From Planctomycetota bacterium (GTDB lineage: Bacteria; Planctomycetota; UBA1135; GCA-002686595): a stretch of DNA of 64,000 nucleotides. This document shows, in pieces, positions 9,441-18,458 of this stretch. The notes beneath the pieces are model-generated. The model searched no databases. It was given only the letters and a program-made list of their open reading frames with translations, and was not told where the DNA came from. The DNA is taken from assembly GCA_044229935.1 (NCBI GenBank), contig JBGASC010000018.1:25496-89495 (forward strand), written 5' to 3'. The translations under genes were made by a program, and so were the position numbers. How positions within the stretch are numbered: position 1 is the first letter of the stretch; each line of letters opens with the position of its first letter.

Positions 9441-10868
9441 GTGACTGCGCCCTGGCGAGCGTCTACCCCGCGCATGCCCCCCGCATCGTCCCCGCGCGCG
9501 CTCGCGGCCCTCCTCCTCCTCGCCGGACTCGGCCGCGCCCAGACCACCACGCTGGTCAGCGTCAACCTCGCCGGAGCACCCGGCAACGGGGAGAGCGGGG
9601 TCCTCTTCGACCTGTCCGCACAGGTCTCGGCCTCCCAGCCCGGGCGGACGCTCTCCGCCGACGGCCGCTACGTCGTGTTCCAGAGCCTGGCCGACGATCT
9701 CGTGCCCGGCGACACCAACCAGTGCGCCGACGTGTTCGTCCGCGACCTCACCGCGGGGGTCACGACGCGCGTCAGCGTCGACTCCGCCGGCGCGCAGGCC
9801 GACTCCATCAGCTGCCTGCCCGCGATCTCGCCGGACGGTCGCTGGGTGGCGTTCGTGAGCTGGGCCTCCAACCTCGTCCCCGGCGCGGCCACCGCAGGCT
9901 TCGGGCAGGTCTACCGGCACGAGCTCGCGACGGGCACGACGATCTGCGCCAGCGTCGGCCTCTCCGGCCTGCCCGGGAACTTCCGCAGCGGCGCCTGGGT
10001 CCACGTCCCGACCAATCCCTTCCTGCCGAACACGTTCCTCGGTCAGGTCGCCGTGTCGGACGACGGGCGTGTTGCGTTTGCGAGCCAGGCGACCGACCTC
10101 GTGCCGAACGCCGGGAGCGCCGTCGACGTGTTCGTGCGCGATCCGGCCGCGGGGCGCACCGTGCGCGCCAGCGTCGGCCCGACCGGGACGCCGGGCAACG
10201 GATGGAGCGGGGTCGCGAGCCTGGTCGGCGGGAGCTTCCTGACGCTGGGCATTTCGATCTCCGCCGATGGCCGCTGGGTCGCGTTCGGCAGCCGCGCGAC
10301 GAACCTCGTCCCCGGCGTCGGAGCCGATCAGCTCTACGTGCACGACCTCGCGAGCGGTACGACGATCTGCGCCAGCCGGAACGCCCTCGGTCTCCCCGGC
10401 GATCAGCGCAGCCGGATGCCGGCGCTCTCCGCCGACGGGCGCTTCCTGGGCTTCGAGAGCGCCGCGACGAACCTCGTCCCGGGCGACACGAACGCGGCAC
10501 CCGACGTGTTCCGCTGCGATCTCGCCGGCCCCGCGCTCGTGCGCGCGACGCTGCTCGGCAGCGCGCCCTTCACGGGCGGCGGATCCGCGCCCGCGCTCTC
10601 GGGCAGCGGACGCTACGTGGTCTTCGAGAGCAGCAGCGACGTGCCGGCCCTCGGCGACACGAACGCGATGGCGGACATCTTCGTGCGCGACCTGCGCCTG
10701 GGGCGGACGAGCCTGCGTTCGCTCGGTCCGGGTTCGACGAACGGCAACGGCTGGAGCTCCTGCGCGTCGATCAGCGACGACGGGGCGACCGTCGCGTTCT
10801 CGAGCTCCGCCTCGAACCTCGTGGCGGGGGATGCGAACGGCCACGCCGACGTGTTCGTGAGGCGCTGA
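9441..10868 (+). CDS. secreted 7-bladed PD40/TolB-like beta-propeller repeat protein
   Basis: It has a signal-like N-terminus. A unit of about 55-60 aa recurs seven times in the form S.DGR.V.F.S.A.NLVPGDTN...DVFVRDL..G.T.R.S. Confidence 0.8.
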   Translation: MTAPWRASTPRMPPASSPRALAALLLLAGLGRAQTTTLVSVNLAGAPGNGESGVLFDLSAQVSASQPGRTLSADGRYVVFQSLADDLVPGDTNQCADVFVRDLTAGVTTRVSVDSAGAQADSISCLPAISPDGRWVAFVSWASNLVPGAATAGFGQVYRHELATGTTICASVGLSGLPGNFRSGAWVHVPTNPFLPNTFLGQVAVSDDGRVAFASQATDLVPNAGSAVDVFVRDPAAGRTVRASVGPTGTPGNGWSGVASLVGGSFLTLGISISADGRWVAFGSRATNLVPGVGADQLYVHDLASGTTICASRNALGLPGDQRSRMPALSADGRFLGFESAATNLVPGDTNAAPDVFRCDLAGPALVRATLLGSAPFTGGGSAPALSGSGRYVVFESSSDVPALGDTNAMADIFVRDLRLGRTSLRSLGPGSTNGNGWSSCASISDDGATVAFSSSASNLVAGDANGHADVFVRR

Positions 10869-10952
10869 GGCCTCGACGAATACGATTTCGGCGCCGCGCG
10901 GCGGCCAGCGCTGGCGTCCTGGGAGCCGTCCCCCAGACTGAGAGGAGCTCCC

Positions 10953-13067
10953 ATGACCCAGCCGCCGCGCCTGTCCCCGGATTCGCTGCTCGCCCACGAG
11001 CCCTTCGTGCGCGCGGTGGTGCGCGATCTCCTCCGCGACGAGCAGCACGTGCAGGACGTGCTTCAGGAGACCTGGATCCGCGCCCTGCACCGCTGTCCGC
11101 GCGAGGAGGGCTCGCTCAAGGGCTGGCTCGCGCGCGTCGCGCGTCGACTCGCGCTCGACCAGCACCGCGGGAGCGCGCGGCGCGAGCGGCGCGAGCGCGA
11201 GACGGCGCGCGGGGAGGCGCTCGAGTCAGTCGAGGCGCTGCACGCGCGACTGGAGGCGCAGCGCGAGGTCGTCGACGCGGTGCTCGCGCTCGAGGAGCCG
11301 TACAAGAGCGTCGTGCTGCTCGCCTACTACGAGGAGCTCGCGCCGCAGGCGATCGCAGAGCGCCTGGGCCGCAGCGCCGCGACCGTGCGCTCGCAGCTCT
11401 CGCGCGCGCACGAGATCCTCCGGCGCAGGCTCGATGCGCACCATGGCGGCGATCGTTCGGCGTGGGCGGGCGTGCTCGTTCCGTGGGCGCTCGCGACGAA
11501 GAGCAAGACGGGACTGCTCGTCGCGGCGGGGATCGGCGTGGCGCTGATCGGCGCGGGCGTGTGGGTGCTGCCGCGCATGCTCGCGCAGCGTCCGGCCCAG
11601 CCTCCTGCCGTCGCGCTCCAGCTTCCCGTCGACTCGGCCCCGCAGCCGCTTGCCGAGCCGGAGCCGGGCACGGCTCGCGCATCGGTTGCGGCACTCGTTG
11701 CCGCGCAGCCTGCGGCAGCGCTCGAGAAGCCGGATCTCGCGCGGCTCGGGCAGTCCGAATTGCGCGACCTCGCCGTGCAGGCGATGCGCACGCTCGAGAA
11801 GAAGCTGACGACTCCCGACGCGCGCTTCTTCGAGGAGCAGCGGGCCCTGCTCGCGCTGCCGGACACGGGCCTCACGAAGCTGATCGGGCGCAGGGAGGAT
11901 GGCTCGTTTCCCTACGGCGGAATGGTCCTCTCGCGCCTGGGCGCGAGCTACTTCTCGTTCGCCACGCTCAGCCACGACTACGATCGTGAGCCGGACCTCG
12001 AGTACTCGGCGGGAAGGAGGCTCTCCGGCGGTTTCTACGGCCTCGCGTTCGGCGTCATCCATCCGCTCGGAAGCGCGACGCTCGAGGACCTGTCCGCGGA
12101 ACAACGGGTCGGCCCCGAGGAGTTGCGCGTTCGGCCGCTCGCGTTCGACGAGGTCACGCTGCGGCCGCTGCAACATCGGATCGGCGAGCGAAGACTGTCG
12201 GATGCGCAGGCCCAAACGGGTGTCACCTACCTCGTGCGCAGCCTGTCCCCGGGCGAGCACGACCAACTCGTGGGCATCCGCGTGCTCGAAGCGACGGACG
12301 ACGACGTGACGATCGCCTGGCGTGTGCTGCAGCGGTTCCCGACACCCGGAGAGCGGAGCACGCCTCATCGCAAGCCCGAGTTCCGCGCGGTGGCCGAGGC
12401 TCCCGCCTGGATGCAGCCGCTGACGGTTTCGCAGCTCGTCGAGCTGATCCACGAAGTCCGCAGCGTCGCGCGCAACGTGCTTCCCAAGGTGCCCGAGGCT
12501 CTGCAGCAGGAGAACCGCTGGCGCCTGTCCGATGCGACGACCTCAGGGTTCTTCCGTGCCAGCTACGACGAGAACCTCACGCCCTTGCTCGAGAGCCGCA
12601 ACGAGATGGCCTGCTACTCGTGCGACCGTCGCGCGTACCCCGACCAGGATTGGGAGATCGCCGTGCGCAACAGCGGCGAGATCCAGGCCCTGCTCCAGTT
12701 CGACCTCGGCGAGCTGGATCGCGCGACCTACGAGAGCGCCGCGCGTGGCGAACTGCCGGCCGACCTGGGGACGATGCGCTCGGACTCGGTCGACTACGCG
12801 AGGCCCGCGGCCACGCGCATGCTCTGGAGCGCCCTCACGGTCCCCGGCCCGGATGGAACGGCTCGAGTGCTGAGCGAGGAAGCGGAGCGGGCGGACCCCG
12901 CGCGCCAGCTGTTGCAATGCGCCGTGGCCCGCACGGGCCACAGCTACCTCGTGCGCGCACTCGGACGCACGGATGGCAGCGATCACCTGCTGCTCGTGAG
13001 CGTGCTCGAGACTTCGAAGGACGGCACGAGCTTCAGCTGGCGCGAACTCCAGCGCTTCGACCGCTAG
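10953..13067 (+). CDS. ECF sigma-70 family factor fused through one TM helix to a large C-terminal extracytoplasmic extension
   Basis: Region 2 (QDVLQETWIRAL) and region 4 (LAPQAIAERLGRSAATVRSQLSRAHEILRRRL) lie within the first ~165 aa. A TM segment LLVAAGIGVALIGAGVWVLP follows, then about 490 aa containing an internal duplication. Confidence 0.8.
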   Translation: MTQPPRLSPDSLLAHEPFVRAVVRDLLRDEQHVQDVLQETWIRALHRCPREEGSLKGWLARVARRLALDQHRGSARRERRERETARGEALESVEALHARLEAQREVVDAVLALEEPYKSVVLLAYYEELAPQAIAERLGRSAATVRSQLSRAHEILRRRLDAHHGGDRSAWAGVLVPWALATKSKTGLLVAAGIGVALIGAGVWVLPRMLAQRPAQPPAVALQLPVDSAPQPLAEPEPGTARASVAALVAAQPAAALEKPDLARLGQSELRDLAVQAMRTLEKKLTTPDARFFEEQRALLALPDTGLTKLIGRREDGSFPYGGMVLSRLGASYFSFATLSHDYDREPDLEYSAGRRLSGGFYGLAFGVIHPLGSATLEDLSAEQRVGPEELRVRPLAFDEVTLRPLQHRIGERRLSDAQAQTGVTYLVRSLSPGEHDQLVGIRVLEATDDDVTIAWRVLQRFPTPGERSTPHRKPEFRAVAEAPAWMQPLTVSQLVELIHEVRSVARNVLPKVPEALQQENRWRLSDATTSGFFRASYDENLTPLLESRNEMACYSCDRRAYPDQDWEIAVRNSGEIQALLQFDLGELDRATYESAARGELPADLGTMRSDSVDYARPAATRMLWSALTVPGPDGTARVLSEEAERADPARQLLQCAVARTGHSYLVRALGRTDGSDHLLLVSVLETSKDGTSFSWRELQRFDR

Positions 13068-13522
13068 CCGACCGGCTCGAACACGACCGCACCCTCGTGC
13101 AGCGCGGCGTGCACGCAGCGCGGCTCCAGGTGCGCGTGGCGTTCCTTCAGGAGCTGCGCGGCGCGCAGGAGGTCCGCGCGCTGGCGCGCGAGGCGGCCGC
13201 GCTCGTCGAGCTCGGGGTGGCGCAGCTTGTAGTAGGCGCAGTCCTGGTGGCTGATCAGCCAGACCGCGCGCAGGTCGTGGTGCTCGACGAAGACGCGCAT
13301 CGCGCTGTCGAACACGCGCGCCTCGTCGAAGCTCGAGTTCCAGGGGTCGACGACCGCCGCGCCGCCGGGGACGGCGAAGAGGTCGGCGCGCTCGTCGACC
13401 TCGTGCTCGACGAACTCCTCGATCTGCGCGTGCCAGCGGCCGTCGGAGCAGCACACGACGAGCGTGCTCGGGCGTTCGGCCGACCAGCTGCGCCGGGCGC
13501 GGTAGTGCGCTGCGGAGCTCAT
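13064..13522 (-). CDS. small protein with beta-carbonic-anhydrase-like Cys/His/Cys motif arrangement
   Basis: 152 aa. VVCCSDGR, DLFAVPGG and LISHQDCAYY mirror the beta-CA C-x-D-x-R and H-x-x-C layout. The beta-CA RNAGN motif is absent. Confidence 0.45.
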   Translation of the reverse strand: MSSAAHYRARRSWSAERPSTLVVCCSDGRWHAQIEEFVEHEVDERADLFAVPGGAAVVDPWNSSFDEARVFDSAMRVFVEHHDLRAVWLISHQDCAYYKLRHPELDERGRLARQRADLLRAAQLLKERHAHLEPRCVHAALHEGAVVFEPVG

Positions 13523-14484
13523 CGCGTCCTCCGTCGCGCGGCAGCCGCGGCGTTCGCCCGAGGACGCGCTCGCGCGGCGGGCTCGGCGCTGCCGGCGCCG
13601 GCGCGCGGGTGGGCCTGCTCGTAGGCGGCGCGCAGGCGCTCGATCGAGACGTGCGTGTAGATCTGCGTCGTGGTCAGGTGTGCGTGGCCGAGCAGCTCCT
13701 GCACGCTGCGCAGGTCGGCGCCGCGGTCGAGCAGGTGCGTGGCGAAGCTGTGGCGCAGCGTGTGCGGCGTCGCGCGGCGCACGAGGCCGGCCTCGCGCAG
13801 GTAGCGCTCGAGGATGCGCCCGAGGCTGCGCGTCGTCAGGCGTCCGCCGCGCGCGTTGAGGAACAGCGCGTTCTTCGCGCGCCCCTGCGGGATCGGGCGG
13901 CGCGCGTCGCCCAGGTACGCGGCGAGCGCGGCCTGCGACGGCGGTCCGAGCGCGCCGAGGCGCTCCTTGCGGCCCTTGCCGAACAGGCGCACGAGGCCGC
14001 GCGCGAGATCGACGTCGCCGCGATCCAGGCCGACGGTCTCCGCCGCGCGCGTGCCGGCGGAGTACATCAACTCGAGGATCGCCTTGTCGCGCAGCCCGTC
14101 GATCGCCGCGAGGTCGGGCGCGGCGAGCAGCGTCTCGATCTCGCCGATCGAGAGCGCGGCGGGCAGCTTGCGCTCGCCGCGGCGCTGGCGCAGGCCGGCG
14201 GCGGGGTGCGCGTCGATGCGTCCGTGCTTGAGCAGGTGCTTGAAGAACGAGCGCGCGGCCGAGAGCTTGCGCGAGAGCGAGCTCTTGGCGAGCCCGCGCT
14301 CGGAGAGCTCGGCCATCCAGGCGCGCAGCGTGCGCGGCGTCACCTCGGCCGGATCGGCGATGCCGCGCTCGTCGAGGAAGGCGCAGAAGGGCTCGAGGTC
14401 GCCGCGGTAGGCGCGCAGCGTGTGCGGCGACGCGCCGCGCGCGGCCGCCAGCTCCTTGAGGAAGGACTCCAGGTGCGCGCGCAT
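13519..14484 (-). CDS. tyrosine recombinase, XerC/XerD family
   Basis: ATG 14484 (M51 of track ORF 13519-14634) lies just after the upstream gene's stop. Motifs include HTLRAYRGDL, HTLRHSFATHLLDRGADLRSVQELLGHAHLTTTQIYTHV. The C-terminal tail is Ala/Arg-rich. Confidence 0.85.
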   Translation of the reverse strand: MRAHLESFLKELAAARGASPHTLRAYRGDLEPFCAFLDERGIADPAEVTPRTLRAWMAELSERGLAKSSLSRKLSAARSFFKHLLKHGRIDAHPAAGLRQRRGERKLPAALSIGEIETLLAAPDLAAIDGLRDKAILELMYSAGTRAAETVGLDRGDVDLARGLVRLFGKGRKERLGALGPPSQAALAAYLGDARRPIPQGRAKNALFLNARGGRLTTRSLGRILERYLREAGLVRRATPHTLRHSFATHLLDRGADLRSVQELLGHAHLTTTQIYTHVSIERLRAAYEQAHPRAGAGSAEPAARARPRANAAAAARRRTR

Positions 14485-14498
14485 GCGGACGATCGCGG

Positions 14499-15314
14499 TC
14501 AGCGCTTCCAGTAGGCCTTGCGCGTCTGCGCGGCGAGCTGGCAGCGGATCTTCTGCGCGGGCCGCTCCCACTGCACGAGCACGTGCAGCCAGGGTGCCGC
14601 GCCCTCGGCGTGGAACCAGTAGCGCGCCAGGCACTGGCCGTCGCCGGCGTAGAGCCCCAGCTGGTGGGCCTGGAGCTTGCCGATCGGCAGCTCGAGCTCG
14701 TGCCGGCCCTCGTACTTGACGTGCGCCTCGACCGGATCGAGCGGCACCGCGATGTTGAAGCGCTGGAAGGGCACGAGCGCGAGCGTGAGCTCGGCGGGAT
14801 GCTCGAAGTCGTAGTCGCGCAGCGAGAGCGTCAGCGCGTCCTCGAGGGCGAGGTTCTTCGCCGCGCCCAGGCGGCCGTTCCTGTTGCCGCCGCCGGGGAA
14901 GTAGTTCGAGGTGTCCCAGAGCATGCGCCCGTCCTCGTCGCGCCAGAACTCCTTCAGGCTCGCGCCGCAGTCCTCGTGCGAGCTCATCGTCAGCTTGAAG
15001 GGCGCGAGATCGGCGGCGAGCGTGTAGCTCATCGTCGAGTAGTCGTAGTCGTAGTTCTGCGTCGGGATGCGCTCGCGCCAGTGGTGCTTGAAGACCTCGA
15101 CGCCCTTCTCGCCCTCGCTCTTGCAGCTGGTGCGCGGGTCGACGCTCTCCTTGTTGGTGTAGACGCTGGCGCGGTAGTGACGCACCTCGCCGTAGATCTC
15201 GCGCTCGGCGGCGTAGACGGCCACCTCGGCCTGGCCGTCGTACCAGACCGGATCGGTGCGCCAGGATGCATTGCCCGCGGGCGCGAGCGTGATCGCCAGG
15301 AGCAGGGACAGCAT
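14499..15314 (-). CDS. secreted hypothetical protein
   Basis: ATG 15314 (M16 of the track ORF) gives a signal-like MLSLLLAITLAPAG. It lies 4 nt downstream of the 15319-16566 gene. Confidence 0.6.
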   Translation of the reverse strand: MLSLLLAITLAPAGNASWRTDPVWYDGQAEVAVYAAEREIYGEVRHYRASVYTNKESVDPRTSCKSEGEKGVEVFKHHWRERIPTQNYDYDYSTMSYTLAADLAPFKLTMSSHEDCGASLKEFWRDEDGRMLWDTSNYFPGGGNRNGRLGAAKNLALEDALTLSLRDYDFEHPAELTLALVPFQRFNIAVPLDPVEAHVKYEGRHELELPIGKLQAHQLGLYAGDGQCLARYWFHAEGAAPWLHVLVQWERPAQKIRCQLAAQTRKAYWKR

Positions 15315-15318
15315 GGGT

Positions 15319-16566
15319 TCACTTCTCCTTGGTCGTGGTCCAGCCTGCGGGCGCGGCAAGGCGCGGCGCGACGAGCGCGAGCAAGGTCATCGCCGTGCCG
15401 AAGTTCTCGCTGCGCGGGAAGACGCGGTCGTTCCAGCCGCCGTCCTCCTCGCGCACGGCCCAGAGCAGCTTGGTCAGGCGCTCGCGCAGCGCGGGACGTT
15501 CGGCCTCGGGCAGGAACTCGATCGCCTGCGCGACGTAGCGGTGCGCGTAGAAGTAGAAGTAGGGCGCGATCATGTAGGGCGGGATGTGCGTCTGGTTCTG
15601 CCGGCGGCGCACCTCGAGCCACTCCCAGTGCTTGAAGAAGTCCTCGATCGAGCTGCGGATGTGTTCGACGCTGCCGCGGCCGGCGAGGTAGAGCGTCACC
15701 TCGCAGATCGGCGAGCGTCCGATCGAGCCCGCGACCTCCTCGATGCCCTTGCCGGTCTTGTGCTCCGGGCTCGTGCCGTACTGGAACGCGCCCGTCTCCA
15801 GGCGCGCGGACTCCAGCGTCGCGAGCGCCTTCTCGACCACCGCGCGGTCGACGTCCTCGCCGGCGCGCGCGGCCTCGAAGAGGACCTGCAGCGTCGGCGC
15901 GGTCATGAACGTCGACGGAGCGGCGTGCGTCGGGTCCTTGCTGCGCGCGTAGTTCCAGCCGCCCGGCTCGGCGATCGCGGTGCGCGCCAGGCGCGCGACC
16001 AGCGCGTGGATCGCCGTGTCGACCGCCGTGCGCTGCGCCGCGGGCACGATCTGCGCGTCGCGCGCGCGCAGCAGGAAGGCGAGCCCGTAGGCGTGGCCCC
16101 AGCCGCGCACGTCGTAGCCGTGCAGGAACTCGTCGTTGAGCAGCGGGTCCTCGAGCTTCTCGAGCACGAAGCCGAGCGCGCGCTCGAGCGCCTCGCGCAC
16201 CTCGGGCCGCGGCTTGCCGGCGCTGGCCTCGATCAGCGCGACGGCGGCGATCGACGTGCCGCCGACGCGGTAGCCCAGCGGGCTCACGGGCGGCTTGCCC
16301 GGCAGCTCCTGCGCGCGGTACACGCCCTCGTAGGGCCACTCGCGCTTGGACTCGTTGGCCGGGTCGAGCGACTCCTGCTCGGCCAGCAGCAGCACGATGC
16401 CGCGCTGGATCGCCGAGTCGATCTCGGCGCCGTCGACGGGCTTTCCCGCCAGGGCCTTCTCCTTCAGCTCGCGCTGCGCGTCGGCGCTGGGCGCGGGCTT
16501 GGCGGCCTTCGGCTTGGGATCCTGGGGGAGTGCGAGCGCGACGAGGAGCGGGAGGGCGTGCAGCAT
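15319..16566 (-). CDS. secreted prenyltransferase/squalene-oxidase-repeat (alpha/alpha-toroid) protein
   Basis: It has a signal-like N-terminus and repeated aromatic/Gly turns (EPGGWNYARS, RLETGAFQYG, REEDGGWNDRV). It is a paralog of 61754-62998, sharing the block ..YFYF..H.....AI..LPEAE.. Confidence 0.68.
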   Translation of the reverse strand: MLHALPLLVALALPQDPKPKAAKPAPSADAQRELKEKALAGKPVDGAEIDSAIQRGIVLLLAEQESLDPANESKREWPYEGVYRAQELPGKPPVSPLGYRVGGTSIAAVALIEASAGKPRPEVREALERALGFVLEKLEDPLLNDEFLHGYDVRGWGHAYGLAFLLRARDAQIVPAAQRTAVDTAIHALVARLARTAIAEPGGWNYARSKDPTHAAPSTFMTAPTLQVLFEAARAGEDVDRAVVEKALATLESARLETGAFQYGTSPEHKTGKGIEEVAGSIGRSPICEVTLYLAGRGSVEHIRSSIEDFFKHWEWLEVRRRQNQTHIPPYMIAPYFYFYAHRYVAQAIEFLPEAERPALRERLTKLLWAVREEDGGWNDRVFPRSENFGTAMTLLALVAPRLAAPAGWTTTKEK

Positions 16567-16645
16567 GGGTGCGATCGGCGCGGCAGCGTGACCTCACGCC
16601 GACGCGCGCTCCCATGGTGCGGCCCGGAGCGGGCCGAAGGAAGCC

Positions 16646-17053
16646 TCAGGGCTTGCGGGCCGGGGACTTCGCGTCGGGCCTGGGCGCGGGAAGGCTCGGG
16701 ACGCCCTGCTGGAGCTGGCCGAGCTGCTCGCGCCAGCCGCGCAGGAGGATGTGGCGCGAGTCGGGGTTGATGCCGTAGGTGAAGCCGGCCTTCTCGCTCT
16801 CGTCGAGCGTGTCGGCCATCGCCTTGGCGGCCTTGGACTGCGCGTCGAGGTACTTCTGCGTCGACTCGAGCATGCCGCGCGTCTCCTTGAGCTCTGCGGA
16901 GAGCTGCTCGACACGCGCCTTGGCGTCGGCGACGTCCTTGACGAGGCCCTCGATGCGCGCGTCGGCAGGCCCCTGCGGCGCGGCGGGAGCGAGGGCGTAG
17001 GCGGAGGCGAGCAGCACGGAGGCGGCCAGGACGACGAAGAGCTGAGGCTTCAT
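16646..17053 (-). CDS. small secreted coiled-coil protein
   Basis: ATG 17053 lies within the over-extended track ORF 16646-18481. The product is 135 aa with signal MKPQLFVVLAASVLLASAYA followed by a helical segment. Confidence 0.55.
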   Translation of the reverse strand: MKPQLFVVLAASVLLASAYALAPAAPQGPADARIEGLVKDVADAKARVEQLSAELKETRGMLESTQKYLDAQSKAAKAMADTLDESEKAGFTYGINPDSRHILLRGWREQLGQLQQGVPSLPAPRPDAKSPARKP

Positions 17054-17161
17054 GACGGGTCTCCTATCGGTGCGAGGCGCCAGTCGACCTGAAGCTCCAC
17101 GGGGAAAGGAGTTCCTCAGCGTCCCGCGCCTGCGCCTGCATTCCCTATACTGCGCGCTTCC

Positions 17162-18454
17162 ATGAGTGCCTCCAAGCCGGCGGGATCGGGCAAGTCGCCG
17201 CTGCTGTTCATCTTCCTCACGGTCTTCATCGACCTCCTGGGCTTCGGGATCGTCATCCCGCTGATGCCCATCTACTCGAAGGCCTTCAACTCGAGCGGAC
17301 TCGAGACGGGGCTGCTCTTCTCGTGCTTCTCGGGGATGCAGTTGCTCTTCGCGCCGATGTGGGGGCGGCTCTCCGATCGCATCGGCCGCCGCCCCGTGCT
17401 GATCGGCAGCCTGCTCGGCACCGCGGCCTCGTACGCGCTGTTCGCGCACGCGAACTCGATGGGGATGCTCTACGCCTCGCGACTCCTGGCGGGCTTCTTC
17501 GGCGCGAACATCTCCGTCGCGCAGGCCTACATCGCCGATGTCACCGAGGGCAAGGACCGCGCGAAGGGCATGGGCATGATCGGCGCGGCCTTCGGCCTGG
17601 GCTTCACGTTCGGACCGCTGATCGGGGGCATGCTCTCGGGGCTCGCGCACGTCGAGGGACAGCTGCCGCCGGTGCCCGGCTACGTCGCCGCGGGGCTCTC
17701 GCTCAGCGCGGCGCTGTTCGGCTTCTGGAAGCTGCCCGAGCCGGCGCGCCATGCCGGCGGCTCGCGCGCGTTCGGTCTCGATCAGATGCGCGAGGCCTTC
17801 GGCAACGGCCGGGTCGGGCTGCTGCTGCTGCTGAACTTCTGCAACATCACCGCGTTCTCGTGCTTCGAGACGATGTTCATCTACTTCGGGCTGGCCAAGT
17901 TTCCGGCCGCCTTCCACCAGTCCGCGGCGATCGAGCACCCGACGATGGACGACGTGCTCCCCGCGGCGCGCGTCGCCGGGTACTACCTCTTCGGCGTGGG
18001 CGTGCTCTCGGCGCTGATCCAGGGCGGCTTGATCCGACGCCTCGTGCCGCGCTTCGGCGAGACGCGCCTGGCGATCGCGGGGCCGGCGATCCTCGCGCTG
18101 GCCCTGGGCATCGTCGGCGGCGCGCCGACGTGGAGCCTGGTGATCTTCGGCTGCATCCTGATGCCGTGCGGGTTCGGCCTCTCGAACCCGTCGGTCAACG
18201 GGCTGCTCTCGCGCGCGGTGCCGGCCGAGCGCCAGGGCGCGTTCCTCGGCCTCAACCAGTCGGGCGGCAGCCTGGCGCGCCTGCTCGCGCCGGTCGTCGC
18301 GGGCACGCTCTTCACCAGCCTCGGTCCGTCGAGCCCGTTCTTCGCCGCGAGCGGCCTGCTGCTCGTCTCGACCGCGATCGCCTGGACCTACCACCGTCGC
18401 TACGCCGCGAGCTTCGCGCACGACGGCGGCGACGTGGTGATCGCGGAGGGCTGA
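17162..18454 (+). CDS. MFS transporter (drug/H+ antiporter-like, 12 TM)
   Basis: 430 aa with motif-A-like GRLSDRIGRRPVL and many TM segments. Confidence 0.85.
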   Translation: MSASKPAGSGKSPLLFIFLTVFIDLLGFGIVIPLMPIYSKAFNSSGLETGLLFSCFSGMQLLFAPMWGRLSDRIGRRPVLIGSLLGTAASYALFAHANSMGMLYASRLLAGFFGANISVAQAYIADVTEGKDRAKGMGMIGAAFGLGFTFGPLIGGMLSGLAHVEGQLPPVPGYVAAGLSLSAALFGFWKLPEPARHAGGSRAFGLDQMREAFGNGRVGLLLLLNFCNITAFSCFETMFIYFGLAKFPAAFHQSAAIEHPTMDDVLPAARVAGYYLFGVGVLSALIQGGLIRRLVPRFGETRLAIAGPAILALALGIVGGAPTWSLVIFGCILMPCGFGLSNPSVNGLLSRAVPAERQGAFLGLNQSGGSLARLLAPVVAGTLFTSLGPSSPFFAASGLLLVSTAIAWTYHRRYAASFAHDGGDVVIAEG

Positions 18455-18458
18455 ACGC

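Noticed and set aside
9441-10868. Periodic DNA repeats that might be a CRISPR or tandem-repeat array.
   Set aside because: The periodicity is at the protein level (seven PD40 blades of ~55-60 aa). The units are diverged in DNA and lie in one continuous ORF, with no spacer/repeat structure.
13519-14484. The Xer-type tyrosine recombinase as the integrase of a mobile element.
   Set aside because: It has canonical XerC/XerD-like length and motifs. There is no flanking tRNA, direct repeats, or phage or transposon genes, and the surrounding composition is normal.
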